From: an uncultured Actinomycetota bacterium
Lineage (GTDB): Bacteria; Actinomycetota; Actinomycetes; JAFAQI01
Direction of reading: 5' to 3'
DNA length: 64,000 nucleotides
Assembly: GCA_963770565.1 (NCBI GenBank)
Contig: CAVYQE010000011.1
Coordinates: 576,001 to 640,000, forward strand
A model generated the notes under the pieces. That model saw only the letters and a program-made list of their open reading frames with translations. It searched no databases and was not told where the DNA came from. Of this stretch, positions 30,006 to 39,763 are shown one piece after another (positions within the stretch are counted from its first letter, which is position 1; each line of letters starts with the position of its first letter). The position numbers and the translations under genes were made by a program.

Positions 30006-32249
30006 TCAGCCTGCCGCCCGACGGGCGACCGCGGGTGCGCGCAGCGCCGGGTCCGCGTGGTGCGGCATCGGCCGGCCCAGCAGGTAGCCCTGCGCGAGCG
30101 TGACGCCGAGTTGTTGCAGGAGCGTGGCCTGCTGCTCGGTCTCCACGCCCTCGATCACGAGCTTGAGCCCGCAGCCGGTGGTCAGCTCGACCATCGCGCG
30201 GACGATGTGTTCGCTGATCGGCTCTAGGCCGAGCCCGGTCACGAAGCTGCGATCGACCTTGACGATGTCGATCGAAGGGAAGCGCTGGAGGTAGCCGAGG
30301 CCGGCGTACCCGGTGCCGAAGTCGTCAATCGCGAGCGAGACGCCGAGCGCGCGAAGTCGGTCGAGCAACGCCGGTCCGTCCGGTCGTGAGAGCAGCCGGT
30401 CCTCGGTCAGCTCGAGCACGAGGTCCCGCGGGTCGAGATCGGCCTCGGCGAGGCAGCTGCGGACCATGTCCGGCAGGTCGCTTCGCCCGACCTGCAGCGA
30501 GCTGATGTTCACCGAGACGGTCCGGGCGCGGCCGGACTGCGTGCTGGCGTCGAGGCAGGCCTGCCGGAGCACCCAGTCGGTGACCGGCGTCTCGTACTCG
30601 CTGTCGAGAATCACATCCAGGAACTCGGCCGGCATCAGCAGGCCGCGCTCGGGGTGCTGCCAGCGCAGCAGCGCCTCACGGCCCATGATCGTGCGGTCCT
30701 CGAGCCGGACGATCGGCTGGTAGTGCAGGACGAACTGCCCGTGTTCGAGGGCCGGCCCGACGTCGTTGCGGAGTTGGAGCTCGGCGGCCGCTGAGGTCCG
30801 CATCGTGGGGTCGTAGACGTACCACGCCCCGCGCTCCTCGAGCTTGGCCCGGTACATCGCGGTGTCGGCCTGCGCCAGCATCTCGTCCGCCGTCGTCGCG
30901 GTACCCGCGCCGTACGCGATCCCGAGCGACAGCGACGGGGTGAAGCTCACGCCACCGAGGCGCAGCGGCTGGCGCACTCCCTCGACCACCCGGGCGGCCA
31001 GGCTGATCACCTCGACCTGGGACCGCACCCCGCGCACGATGACGACGAACTCGTCTCCGCTCAGGCGGCCGACGATGTCTTCCTCGCGAACACTGGCCCG
31101 GATCCGGCGGCTGACCTCACGGATGTAGGCGTCGCCGACCGCGTGGCCGTGGCCGTCGTTCACCAGCTTCAGCCGGTCGAGGTCGCAGAAGAAGATTGCC
31201 GTCACCGAGTCCGGGCTGGCCTCGGCGCTCAAGGCCTCTTGGAGGCGCAGCATCGAGAGCGCCCGGTTCGGCAACCCGGTCAGTGCGTCGAAGTGCGCCT
31301 GCTGGACCAGCCGCTCCTCGACCCGTTTTCGGTCGGTGACGTCCTCGACCTGCGCGATGACCGTGCTGGGCTCGTCGACGCCGTCCAGCGAGGCCAGGTG
31401 GAGCCGGCCCCAGACGATGTTGCCGTCCGGGAGCATGTACCGCGACTCCAGCGGGAAGCCCTTGGCCGACTCGACCGGCCGGCCGGTGATCGGGCTGGTC
31501 AGCGAGAGCAGTCGGGCCGGGATCACGTCGTCGGGGTGCATGAACTCGGTCAGGCGGTGCCCCACCAGATCGGCCGGTGACCGCGACAGGAATGCACAGA
31601 AGGCCGCATTGACGCTGGAGAACCGGCTGTCCTCGTCGAGGAGGGCGATCGCGACCGGGCTGGTGTCGAACACCGACTGGAAGCGCCGGACGCCGCGCCG
31701 GCTGTCGGCGGCGAGGGTGGCGTGCTGGATCGCGAGCGATGCGGTGACGGCGAACGCCTCGAGCGCGCGCCGGGTCGCCGGACCGGGCCGCTTGCCGTCG
31801 CGGGGGACGTCGACCGAGAGCATGCCGAGGTGGCGGCCGTCGGAGGACTCCAGCGGCGCGAACAGCGCGTCCTCCGGGTGCCAGGCGTCGGGGTCGTCGG
31901 AGACCGGAAGGTCGGGAACCCAGGAGAAGATGTCGGCCGGGTCCTCGACTGAGGTCGCGTGGTCGAGGAAGCGCAGCCGCCCCCACGGCTCGCTGGCGGC
32001 GACCAGCTTGGCCCAGCCGTCGCGGCCCTGCCGGCGGTTCAGCAGCTGCTCGCGCACCTCGTCCGGGCCGGAGACGGCTGCGACGACCATTGCCTCGTCG
32101 TCATTGACGATGTTGACGACCGCGACCTCGAAGCCCATCGACTCGACGATCGTGTCCGCGACGAGCTGGAGCATCTCGGTCAGGTCGAGCACCGAGTTGC
32201 CCGCTGCGGCTGCTTCGAGCGCGCTCGAGGTGGAGCGAAACCCAGGCAT
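30006..32249 (-). CDS. GAF-PAS-GGDEF-EAL c-di-GMP signalling protein
   Basis: GAF (WHPEDALFAPL), PAS, DALTGLPNR, DLDRLKLVNDGHGHAVGD, RLSGDEF, YQPIV..REALLRW, ELTE, IDDFGTGY, KVDRSFV, EGVET, QGYL. Start at ATG 32249. Confidence 0.93.
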   Translation of the reverse strand: MPGFRSTSSALEAAAAGNSVLDLTEMLQLVADTIVESMGFEVAVVNIVNDDEAMVVAAVSGPDEVREQLLNRRQGRDGWAKLVAASEPWGRLRFLDHATSVEDPADIFSWVPDLPVSDDPDAWHPEDALFAPLESSDGRHLGMLSVDVPRDGKRPGPATRRALEAFAVTASLAIQHATLAADSRRGVRRFQSVFDTSPVAIALLDEDSRFSSVNAAFCAFLSRSPADLVGHRLTEFMHPDDVIPARLLSLTSPITGRPVESAKGFPLESRYMLPDGNIVWGRLHLASLDGVDEPSTVIAQVEDVTDRKRVEERLVQQAHFDALTGLPNRALSMLRLQEALSAEASPDSVTAIFFCDLDRLKLVNDGHGHAVGDAYIREVSRRIRASVREEDIVGRLSGDEFVVIVRGVRSQVEVISLAARVVEGVRQPLRLGGVSFTPSLSLGIAYGAGTATTADEMLAQADTAMYRAKLEERGAWYVYDPTMRTSAAAELQLRNDVGPALEHGQFVLHYQPIVRLEDRTIMGREALLRWQHPERGLLMPAEFLDVILDSEYETPVTDWVLRQACLDASTQSGRARTVSVNISSLQVGRSDLPDMVRSCLAEADLDPRDLVLELTEDRLLSRPDGPALLDRLRALGVSLAIDDFGTGYAGLGYLQRFPSIDIVKVDRSFVTGLGLEPISEHIVRAMVELTTGCGLKLVIEGVETEQQATLLQQLGVTLAQGYLLGRPMPHHADPALRAPAVARRAAG

Positions 32250-32296
32250 GCCGTCCCCTCGTGAGCAGCGCACTGCGCTGACGTGGCGTACCAACT

Positions 32297-32324
32297 CTGT
32301 CGGCAAGAATCGGTGGGAACTTGT
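32297..32324 (-). promoter_or_regulatory. Sigma-28 (FliA/WhiG)-like promoter
   Basis: ACAAG-N15-GCCGACAG on the minus strand, about 47 nt upstream of the GGDEF-EAL start. Confidence 0.55.
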
Positions 32325-32371
32325 CCGATCTCGCACGTCTGTCCGGCGGAGCGAAGATTGCGTCAATCGGC

Positions 32372-33001
32372 CTACGGGTGGTGGGTGCAGCCGCTGTACG
32401 GCACGTGGGCGAGATCCACGAAAGCCGGGAGCAACTCGGTGAAGGCCTGTCCGTTTTGTACGTAATGGACAGTGAACAGCACCGGGTCCGGCCCAGGACA
32501 CCGGACCAGCACCCGCTCGGTCGCGGTCAGCCAGATCGAGGCGCCGGCGGGTGCCCGTGCGTTCGAGAACGGCTCGAAAGGGAGGGTTCGTTGGTCGCAC
32601 GGTCCCGATGCCGTGCGGATCAGCCGCAAGCCGTGAAGGGGCTGACGCGTGCGCACGCCGATGACGTCGAAGGCCTGGGGGGACTGGTTGTTGATCTGGA
32701 TGCCGAGCTGCAGGCGGTGCCCGTGCTGCACCGAACAGGTGGCACCGGTCTGGACCATCGGTGGGCCACCCACGGCGGTCGCGCCGCCCCGGGCCGCGGG
32801 CTGCGTGGCCTGCGGCGACCGACCGGGCCCGGCGTGGGGGTGCTGCCGGGCGCCGATGGCGTACCCGCCCAGGCCGCCGGCCACGAGCACGATCACCAGC
32901 GCGAGGGTCCGTCGAGGGGCTCGCGAGCCGACCGGCCAGGACTGGTCGCCCGCGCCCTCGAGCAGCTCGGGCTCGCGATCGAAGCGGCCGTCGTCGACCA
33001 T
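32372..33001 (-). CDS. Hypothetical single-pass membrane protein with Cys-containing extracellular domain
   Basis: TM LALVIVLVAGGLGGYAIG, Pro/Ala linker, beta-rich domain with four Cys. Confidence 0.6.
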   Translation of the reverse strand: MVDDGRFDREPELLEGAGDQSWPVGSRAPRRTLALVIVLVAGGLGGYAIGARQHPHAGPGRSPQATQPAARGGATAVGGPPMVQTGATCSVQHGHRLQLGIQINNQSPQAFDVIGVRTRQPLHGLRLIRTASGPCDQRTLPFEPFSNARAPAGASIWLTATERVLVRCPGPDPVLFTVHYVQNGQAFTELLPAFVDLAHVPYSGCTHHP

Positions 33002-33054
33002 CAGCCCCGACGATAGGCGCCGGATGAGAAGGACGGAAATGGAATGATGTTCGG

Positions 33055-34564
33055 ATGGCGGCCGAACACGTCGATCTGCTGATCGTCGGCGCCGGACTGT
33101 CCGGCATCGGTGCCGGTCATCAGTTCCACGCCGAGTTCCCCACGAAGACCTACGCGATCCTCGAGGCCCGGGACGAGATCGGCGGGACGTGGAGTCTGTT
33201 CAAGTATCCGGGCGTTCGTTCGGACTCCGACATGCACACGCTCGGCTACCGGTTCCGCCCGTGGACCGACGGCAAGGCGATCGCAGAAGGACCGGCGATT
33301 CTCGAATATGTGTGCGACACCGCGCAGGCCGGCGGGGTCGAGGACAAGATCCGATTCGGCCAGCGGGCGGTGCGGGCGGCCTGGTCATCGGCTGACGCGC
33401 AGTGGACGGTCGACGCCGAGGACGTCCATACCGGTGCGGTCACTCAGATCACCTGCGGCTTCCTGTTCATGTGCAGCGGCTACTACCGGTACGACGAGGG
33501 GTACCGGCCGGAGTTCGCGGGGATCGAGCGGTTCCGAGGCCGGATCGTGCATCCGCAGCACTGGCCCGATGACTTGGACTATGCGGGCCAACGCGTGGTC
33601 ATCATCGGCAGCGGGGCGACCGCGGTGACGCTGGTGCCGGCGATGGCCGCGACGGCGGCCCACGTGACGATGCTGCAGCGCTCGCCGACCTACATCGTCA
33701 CCTTGCCCAGCCGCGATCGGCTGGCCGACCGGCTTCGCGACCTGGTGCCGCCGCGGCTCGCCTACTCGATCGTCCGCTGGAAGAACGTGGCGCGGATCAT
33801 CTTCAGCTACCAGCTGAGCCAGCGCGCGCCCGGGGGTCATGAAGGCGATCATCCGCAAGGCAGCCGAGAAGCAGCTGCCGCCGGGCTACGACATCGACAC
33901 CCACCTGACCCCGTCGTACAACCCTTGGGACCAGCGGCTGTGCGTCGCGCCGGATGGCGACCTCTTCCGGGCCGTGCGCGGCGGGCGGGCGTCGATCGTG
34001 ACCGACCGGGTCGAGACGTTCACCGAGACCGGGGTGGCGCTGGCGTCGGGTGCGGAGCTCGAGGCCGACGTGGTCGTGACCGCGACCGGGCTGAACATGT
34101 TGGTGTTCGGCGGCATCGCGCTCTCTGTCGACGGTCGCGACGTCGAGATCCCCAAGACGATGAGCTACAAGGCGATCATGCTGAGCGACGTGCCGAACTT
34201 CGCGTTCGCGATGGGCTACACCAATGCGTCGTGGACGCTCAAAGTCGATCTGACCTACTCCTACCTGTGGCGGTTGATCCGGCACATGGATGCCACCGGC
34301 ACGCGGTGGTGCGTCCCGCGCCGTCATGACGACTCGGTGACCGAGCGCCCGTTCATGGACTTCTCGCCCGGCTACGTTCTGCGCTCGATCGAGGACTTCC
34401 CGCGGGCCGGTTCGAAGTCGCCGTGGCGGCTGCGGATGAACTACTTGTTCGACGTGGTCATGCTGGCGCGCGGGTCGGTTGATGACGGCACGATGGAGTT
34501 CGGGGTCGGACGTCCGAAGTCGGGCATCGCGAGCGACCCGGCACCGGTCGACCTGGCGTCGTAG
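33055..34564 (+). CDS. FAD-dependent Baeyer-Villiger-type monooxygenase (EthA-like); frameshift in G-run at 33832-33836
   Basis: GAGLSG, GGTWSLFKYPGVRSDS, FRGRIVHPQHWP, GSGATA, LQRSPTY, then YNPWDQRLC, ATG, GYTNASWTLK. Confidence 0.92.
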
Positions 34565-34576
34565 CCACCCGGTCGC

Positions 34577-35263
34577 TCAGCTGGCGCGATCTGCGACCGG
34601 CCGGGCCAGGCAGGCAGGTCGCGACCTGATCGGTCCGCCGGCCGGTCGCCATTGCCCCGTGCACCGCGCTGCTCGAATGGCTCGGTGGGCCGGCTCGGCG
34701 TCGCGGACCAGTCGCGGACAGGTGTCGTGGAATGCTGGGGTCGACGTCGCCTGCACGCCGGTGACAGCATCGACGAGCACGGCGACGTAGAACGGGTCGG
34801 GTTTGGGGTGGGCCGGCACGTAGTGGTAGCCGCGTCGCCCGCCGGGTCCGTCGAGGCAGTCGCCGAACAACAGACCGGCCGCCGAGCTGCGATAGACCGC
34901 GACCCAGGCCAGCCGCCGGTCGAAGCTCGGCTGCCCGTCGACGACATCGGTAGGGGCCGACACCCGGCCGTAGCCGAAGGCGACCAGGTCGTTGCTCCGC
35001 CCGCCGGGCGGCCAGGCGAGCGGTCGTTGCGCGATCGCGCGGGCCTGGGTGACCGGCACGAGCGGCTGGTCGCCGGCCGCGGGCGGATCGATCGTGATCG
35101 CGCCGAACTCGAGCGGGCGGGTGAACGGCCGATCGGGGTAGGACTGACCCACCCGCGCTGCGGGTGCGGGTCCCGCACAACCGGCGATGCTCGCCGCCGT
35201 CGCTGCGGCGAGCATCGCAACGGCAACAGCGACGGCACGACGCCGAGCCGGCCCTCGCCTCAT
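34577..35263 (-). CDS. Hypothetical lipoprotein
   Basis: Signal peptide with lipobox IAGC; ..RRLAWVAVY...VLVDAVTG (PepSY-like motif). Confidence 0.6.
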   Translation of the reverse strand: MRRGPARRRAVAVAVAMLAAATAASIAGCAGPAPAARVGQSYPDRPFTRPLEFGAITIDPPAAGDQPLVPVTQARAIAQRPLAWPPGGRSNDLVAFGYGRVSAPTDVVDGQPSFDRRLAWVAVYRSSAAGLLFGDCLDGPGGRRGYHYVPAHPKPDPFYVAVLVDAVTGVQATSTPAFHDTCPRLVRDAEPAHRAIRAARCTGQWRPAGGPIRSRPACLARPVADRAS

Positions 35264-35267
35264 CCGC

Positions 35268-35966
35268 TCACCCGGCCTCGCCGGCCACCACCGGGTCGAT
35301 CAGCTGCGGGCCGTCGTGGCGCGCGGAGTTGACCTCGGTCGACACCTCGTAGGTCTCCAGCCGCGGCGGGGGAATCGAGGCGAGGAGCTCGCGGACCGAG
35401 CCCGGGTCGGTGAGGTGCGGGTCGAGCCAGGTGGCGCTGAGATCCCTTGGCACCACCACCGGAGACCGGTCGTGGATGTGCCCGAGCGCGTCCTGCGTCG
35501 TACAGGTCAGGATCGCGTAGGTCCACAGCCAGCGGTCCGGGTCCTCCAGGTCGGGCCGCAGCTCGTAGACGCCGGCGAAACCGAGTACGCCGTCACCGTG
35601 CAGGTAGATCGGGGTCTTGCCGGCGTCGGTGACCATCCACTCGTAGTAGCCGTCGGCGGGGATGAGGCAACGCCGCCGGGCCGCCGCCGCCTTGAACGCG
35701 GACTTCTCGGTGACCGTCTCAGACCTGGCGTTGACCAGCTTGCTGCCGATCCGCAGGTCCTTTGCCCAGGAGGGCACCAGGCCCCAGCGAAGCGTCCGTA
35801 GCTGCCGGTCCGGCTCGTCGTCGACCAGTCGCTCGAGCACGACCCGGGCGTTCTGCGTCGGCGCGACGTTCCACGACGGCGGAAGTGGCGGGTCGACGAC
35901 CGAGGCGACCGCGAACTCACGAAGCAGGTCGCCGTCATGGCGCGAGTTGGCATAGCGGCCGCACAC
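35268..35966 (-). CDS. SOS response-associated peptidase (SRAP/HMCES, abasic-site protection)
   Basis: N-terminal MCGRY, WNVAPTQ, RWGLVPSW, NARSET, RRCLIPADGYYEW, IHDRSP. Confidence 0.95.
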   Translation of the reverse strand: MCGRYANSRHDGDLLREFAVASVVDPPLPPSWNVAPTQNARVVLERLVDDEPDRQLRTLRWGLVPSWAKDLRIGSKLVNARSETVTEKSAFKAAAARRRCLIPADGYYEWMVTDAGKTPIYLHGDGVLGFAGVYELRPDLEDPDRWLWTYAILTCTTQDALGHIHDRSPVVVPRDLSATWLDPHLTDPGSVRELLASIPPPRLETYEVSTEVNSARHDGPQLIDPVVAGEAG

Positions 35967-36081
35967 GTCACCGTTCTACCTCAGCCCACCGACGGCAGCC
36001 TTGTCGCGGCGCTGGGACTCCGGCCGGTGCGGTTGCATGGGAGGCTGGCAACCGGCAATCCCGCATCCCCGAACGAAGGGC

Positions 36082-36510
36082 ATGCTGATGAAGCCCATCG
36101 CACTGTTGGGCGCCGGCGCCTTGGTCGTCGTCGGCGCAGGCCTCGCCGGCCCGGCGCTGGCGGCCGGTACGTCGCACACCCTGCACCTGACCACGACCCG
36201 GCTGCAGTTCGTCAACACCAGTGCCACGACCTTCGTCGAGACCGACGCGGTCTTCCGGGCCGGCAAGAAGGTCGGCTACGAGACGATCAGCTGCGACGAC
36301 GGCGGCCATCAGATCGTCTGTTCGGTGAGCGTGGCGCTCGAGGACGGAATGCTGTTGGGCCACGTGACGATCCCGATCACCAGCGGCAAGACGAGCAAAG
36401 TGACCGGAAAGGTGACCGGAGGCCTCGGGCGGTTCAAGGGCGACAAGGGCACTGTCAAGGGCACGATCAGTGGCAAGCACAGCACCTTGACGTTGACCTA
36501 TCACGCGTAG
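36082..36510 (+). CDS. Secreted small beta-barrel protein (dirigent/allene-oxide-cyclase-like)
   Basis: Signal peptide, GKKVG...C...C, VTGGLGRFKGDKGTV motif. Confidence 0.65.
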   Translation: MLMKPIALLGAGALVVVGAGLAGPALAAGTSHTLHLTTTRLQFVNTSATTFVETDAVFRAGKKVGYETISCDDGGHQIVCSVSVALEDGMLLGHVTIPITSGKTSKVTGKVTGGLGRFKGDKGTVKGTISGKHSTLTLTYHA

Positions 36511-36529
36511 CGCGTCGGAGCGCTGGGTC

Positions 36530-37600
36530 TCAACACCCGCCCGGGCAGACCCGGAGCAGACCGGCATACAACGTCAGGCCTGGTCCGAAGGCCATCGCCA
36601 CGACCGGGTCTCCGGGGTTGAGGGCGGTTCCCTTCAGCAGCCGCTCGATGACGAGCAACACGGTCGCGGACGAGCAGTTGCCGACGTCGCGCAGGACGGC
36701 GAACGACGGCTCGGCCAGCGCGGCCGGCAGGCGCAGCTGCTCGGCCGCGACCTCGACTATTCGCCGGCCACCGGGATGGATCGCCCACCCGGCCACGGCG
36801 CCGACCGCGAGATCGTGCCGGTCGAGCAGGTCGCGGATGACCGGCTCGATGTGCCGGGCCAGCACGTCCGGAACCTTGGGCGACAAGCCCATCCGGAAGC
36901 CGAGATCGGTGATGTCCCAGGTCATCTGATCGACCGTGGAGACGTCGGTCCTGGCCACGATGTCGATCAGCTCGAGGCCGCGGGCTTTCCGGTCCGCGTC
37001 GCCGTGCGGCAGCAGGACGACGGCAGCGGCCGCGTCGGCGAACAGCGCGTGCGCGACCATCTGCTGGACGTTGTCGGTGGCCGGCTGGACGTGCAGGCTG
37101 GTGAGCTCGAGGCACAACAGGACAGCCGGCCGGTTGCGCGCGACGACGAAGTCGCCGACCGCGCCGAGTCCCGGCAACGCGGCGTAGCACCCCATGTGCC
37201 CGATGTGTAGGCGCTGCACATCGTCGGCCATCCCGAGATCGCGGGCCAGCAGGATGTCCAGCCCGGGGGTCGAGTAGCCGGTGCAGGAGGCAACCGCGAA
37301 CAGGCCGACGTCCCCCGCGTCGAGGCCGGCGTCGGCGAGCGCCTGGGCGATCGCCGCCTTGCCGAGCGGCATCGCCTCGGTGGCGAAGCGGCGCATCCGG
37401 GCGCCGGTGCTCCACGACGTCACGTCCTCGATCCTCGGGTCGATGACGGCGTGGCGGGTGGTGATGCCGGCGTTGCGCCAGATCCGCTCGGCGGTGGAGC
37501 TGCCGTTGTAGTGCGCGGCAAAGAAGCCGTCCCAGACCGCGGCGTGGTCGATCGCGGGCGGAAGCGCGTGCCCGTGTCCGGCGATTCGTGCCGCGGTCAC
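36530..37600 (-). CDS. Type III polyketide synthase (alkylresorcinol-type)
   Basis: Catalytic triad motifs HMGCYAA, WAIHPGG and GNCSS; also ALFADAAAA and AFGPGLT. Start at GTG 37600. Confidence 0.95.
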   Translation of the reverse strand: MTAARIAGHGHALPPAIDHAAVWDGFFAAHYNGSSTAERIWRNAGITTRHAVIDPRIEDVTSWSTGARMRRFATEAMPLGKAAIAQALADAGLDAGDVGLFAVASCTGYSTPGLDILLARDLGMADDVQRLHIGHMGCYAALPGLGAVGDFVVARNRPAVLLCLELTSLHVQPATDNVQQMVAHALFADAAAAVVLLPHGDADRKARGLELIDIVARTDVSTVDQMTWDITDLGFRMGLSPKVPDVLARHIEPVIRDLLDRHDLAVGAVAGWAIHPGGRRIVEVAAEQLRLPAALAEPSFAVLRDVGNCSSATVLLVIERLLKGTALNPGDPVVAMAFGPGLTLYAGLLRVCPGGC

Positions 37601-37607
37601 GGCCGGC

Positions 37608-38771
37608 TCACCATCGCGCGACCTCCGCTTCGGCATCAGGATCGCGCCCGAGGGCGGCGTACCCCAGCCAGTCGGCGCACACATCGCTGGTGGCCGGCTG
37701 CAGCGAGCCGCACCGGGCATCCCGGTAGATCCGCTCGAGGGCGGAGCCGCGCCGGGTCGCAGCCGCGCCACACGCTTCGAGCAACGACGCCGCGACGTCC
37801 ATCGCGGTCTCGCCGGCAATCAGCTTGGCCCGCCAGACCCAGCGGTTCGTGGCCGGTTCGCCGGGCGCAGTCGTGACCGCCTCGGCCATCGCCCGGACCA
37901 CCTCGCGCGCGGCCGCGACCGCACAGTCCGCGCGGCCGAGCCGGGCCCGCACCATCGGCAGCCGGCCCAACCCGCGTTCGTCGACGTACGCCGCGGCCGC
38001 GGTGAGTGCGGCTTGCGCCACGCCGACGTATACAGCGGCGTACGACGCGACCAGCCATTGCGGCATGACCTGGGCCAGCAGGACGGCCATTCCTTCGACC
38101 TGGCCGAGCAGGGCGTCGGCCGGCACGACGACGTCGAGCTCGAGGTCGTGGCTCACGGTGGCCCGCATGCCGAGCGAGTCCCAGGTCGGCACGACGGTGA
38201 CCCCGGGCCCGCTCGGCACGAGGAACTGGCTGATTGCATCCCCCCGGCGGGCCGCGACGACGTAGGCGTCGGCGTGCCCCGCGCCGGAGCAGAAGGACTT
38301 TGATCCGATGATCCGCCACCCCGACTCGACCGGTTCGTACGTCGTGGTGACCTGCGACAACCGCGAGCCGGCGCCGCGCTCACTCATCGCGACCGCGTAG
38401 TGCCGACCGGCGGCCGCCCCGCGCAGCACGTCGTCGCGGGCCGCAAAGAAGGGCTCCGGCACGCCGAGCGCCCTGGCCAGATCGTCATCGGTGAGCGCCA
38501 GGGCGCCGGTCACCGAGGCGTGCATGTTGAAGATCAACGCGGTCGAGCCGCTGCCGGCGCCGAGGCTCATCGCGATCTCGGCGTAGTCGGCGAACGAGGC
38601 GCCGATCCCTCCGAGTCGCTCGGGCACCATCAGGCCGAGCAACCCATTGGCCCGCAGGTCATCGAAGTCCTCGGCCGGAAAGCTTCCGTCGATGTCGTGC
38701 TTCCCGGCCCGGAGGGCGAAGGCCGGCGCCAGCCGCTCGGCGGTCTCCTGCGCCAGCGCGACTGCGGTCAT
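37608..38771 (-). CDS. Acyl-CoA-dehydrogenase-fold protein, probably flavin-dependent monooxygenase
   Basis: GSFP, GGIG, FNMH, AMSERGAGS, GSKSFCSG, WDSLGMRATVS, LERIYRDARCG. No typical YEG catalytic motif. Confidence 0.85.
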   Translation of the reverse strand: MTAVALAQETAERLAPAFALRAGKHDIDGSFPAEDFDDLRANGLLGLMVPERLGGIGASFADYAEIAMSLGAGSGSTALIFNMHASVTGALALTDDDLARALGVPEPFFAARDDVLRGAAAGRHYAVAMSERGAGSRLSQVTTTYEPVESGWRIIGSKSFCSGAGHADAYVVAARRGDAISQFLVPSGPGVTVVPTWDSLGMRATVSHDLELDVVVPADALLGQVEGMAVLLAQVMPQWLVASYAAVYVGVAQAALTAAAAYVDERGLGRLPMVRARLGRADCAVAAAREVVRAMAEAVTTAPGEPATNRWVWRAKLIAGETAMDVAASLLEACGAAATRRGSALERIYRDARCGSLQPATSDVCADWLGYAALGRDPDAEAEVARW

Positions 38772-38790
38772 CCGGGCCTCGTCCTGACGT

Positions 38791-39504
38791 TCATGCCGCC
38801 TTGGTCCCGACTGCCTGGAACAGCCCGGCGCTCGACCCGACCTCGATCATCCGCACGGAGTCGCGCTTGCCGATCAGCCACATCACATAGTCCACGGCCG
38901 ACGGTCGCAGGCCGTTCAATGTCAGCTGCACCCCGTGCCGGGCCGCCTCGGCGACCAGCTGCTGGCGGTCGACGAACAACGCCCCGTCGTGCAGCCGGTG
39001 CGGTGGGCCGGCCGGGAGCCGTTCGGCCAGCGTGATCGAGGAGAACCGCCCCCACCAGGTGTTCGCGATCGTGTCGATGACCAGGGTCCCTCCGGGCCGC
39101 AGGACTCGGCAGACCTCAGCGACAGCACCCGGGAGGTCGGAAACGTGTTCGAGGATCTCGCCGGCCACCACGACGTCGAACGCCTCGTCGCGAAACGGCA
39201 ATCGCGTGACGTCGCCGCGCACCCCGAGGATGCCGTGCGCGGTCGCGCTTGCCAGCGCACTGGCAGTGAGGTCGACGCCGATGTGGGAGTAGCCATGATC
39301 GCCGAGATGTGGCGCCAGCAGGCCACCGCCGCACGCGACGTCCAGCAGGGGAGCGCTCGGCCGGGCCGGCCGCGGCACGTGCCGCATCCGCGCCGCGGCG
39401 ATCCAGTTGAGCATCACGAACTCGCCGCGCGGCGCCCACCACTGGTCGGCCAGGTCGTCGTACTGGCGGGGGTCGTTGCGCGGTCGGACCGGCAGGCCGG
39501 GCAT
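38791..39504 (-). CDS. Class I SAM-dependent O-methyltransferase (UbiG-like)
   Basis: QYDDLADQWW..GEF..L, LDVACGGGLL, FDVVVAGEILEHV, RVLRPGG. Confidence 0.9.
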   Translation of the reverse strand: MPGLPVRPRNDPRQYDDLADQWWAPRGEFVMLNWIAAARMRHVPRPARPSAPLLDVACGGGLLAPHLGDHGYSHIGVDLTASALASATAHGILGVRGDVTRLPFRDEAFDVVVAGEILEHVSDLPGAVAEVCRVLRPGGTLVIDTIANTWWGRFSSITLAERLPAGPPHRLHDGALFVDRQQLVAEAARHGVQLTLNGLRPSAVDYVMWLIGKRDSVRMIEVGSSAGLFQAVGTKAA

Positions 39505-39601
39505 GCATCGAGCCTTCCACACCCGCGCACTGGCAAGGCATGCTGTATGCGATTGCGCGACGGGGGTGGCAGGAGGACCGGCCATGCGACGGATGCGTGC
39601 T

Positions 39602-39763
39602 GGGCGAGTGGAGGAGCTCTACAGCGTCAGCGGCGAAGGCCACGAGTGGCCCGGCCGGCCACCCCTCGCCCGGCGGCTGACGGCTCTGCTCGGTCCGCAG
39701 TCGCACGCGATCAATGCCGATGCCACCAGATGGTCGTTCTTCGCTGCACACCCGATGCCGTGA
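39602..39763 (+). pseudogene. C-terminal remnant of an LpqC/LpqP (PHB-depolymerase-like) esterase
   Basis: VEELYSVSGEGHEWPG...AINADATRWSFFAAHPMP-stop matches the family C-terminus; no N-terminal part upstream. Confidence 0.65.

Noticed and set aside
30006-33107. 1033-aa version of the GGDEF-EAL protein and similar 5' extensions (59379..62168, 43781..45307, 36530..37819, 38935..40551)
   Set aside because: The extensions are Arg/Pro-rich off-frame read-through overlapping real neighbouring genes. Internal starts with RBS or promoter signals were used instead.
35268-35966. SRAP gene (and the excisionase-like HTH at 41617) as a marker of a prophage or mobile element
   Set aside because: No integrase, att-like repeats, phage genes or compositional shift nearby. 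SRAP is commonly chromosomal in Actinobacteria.
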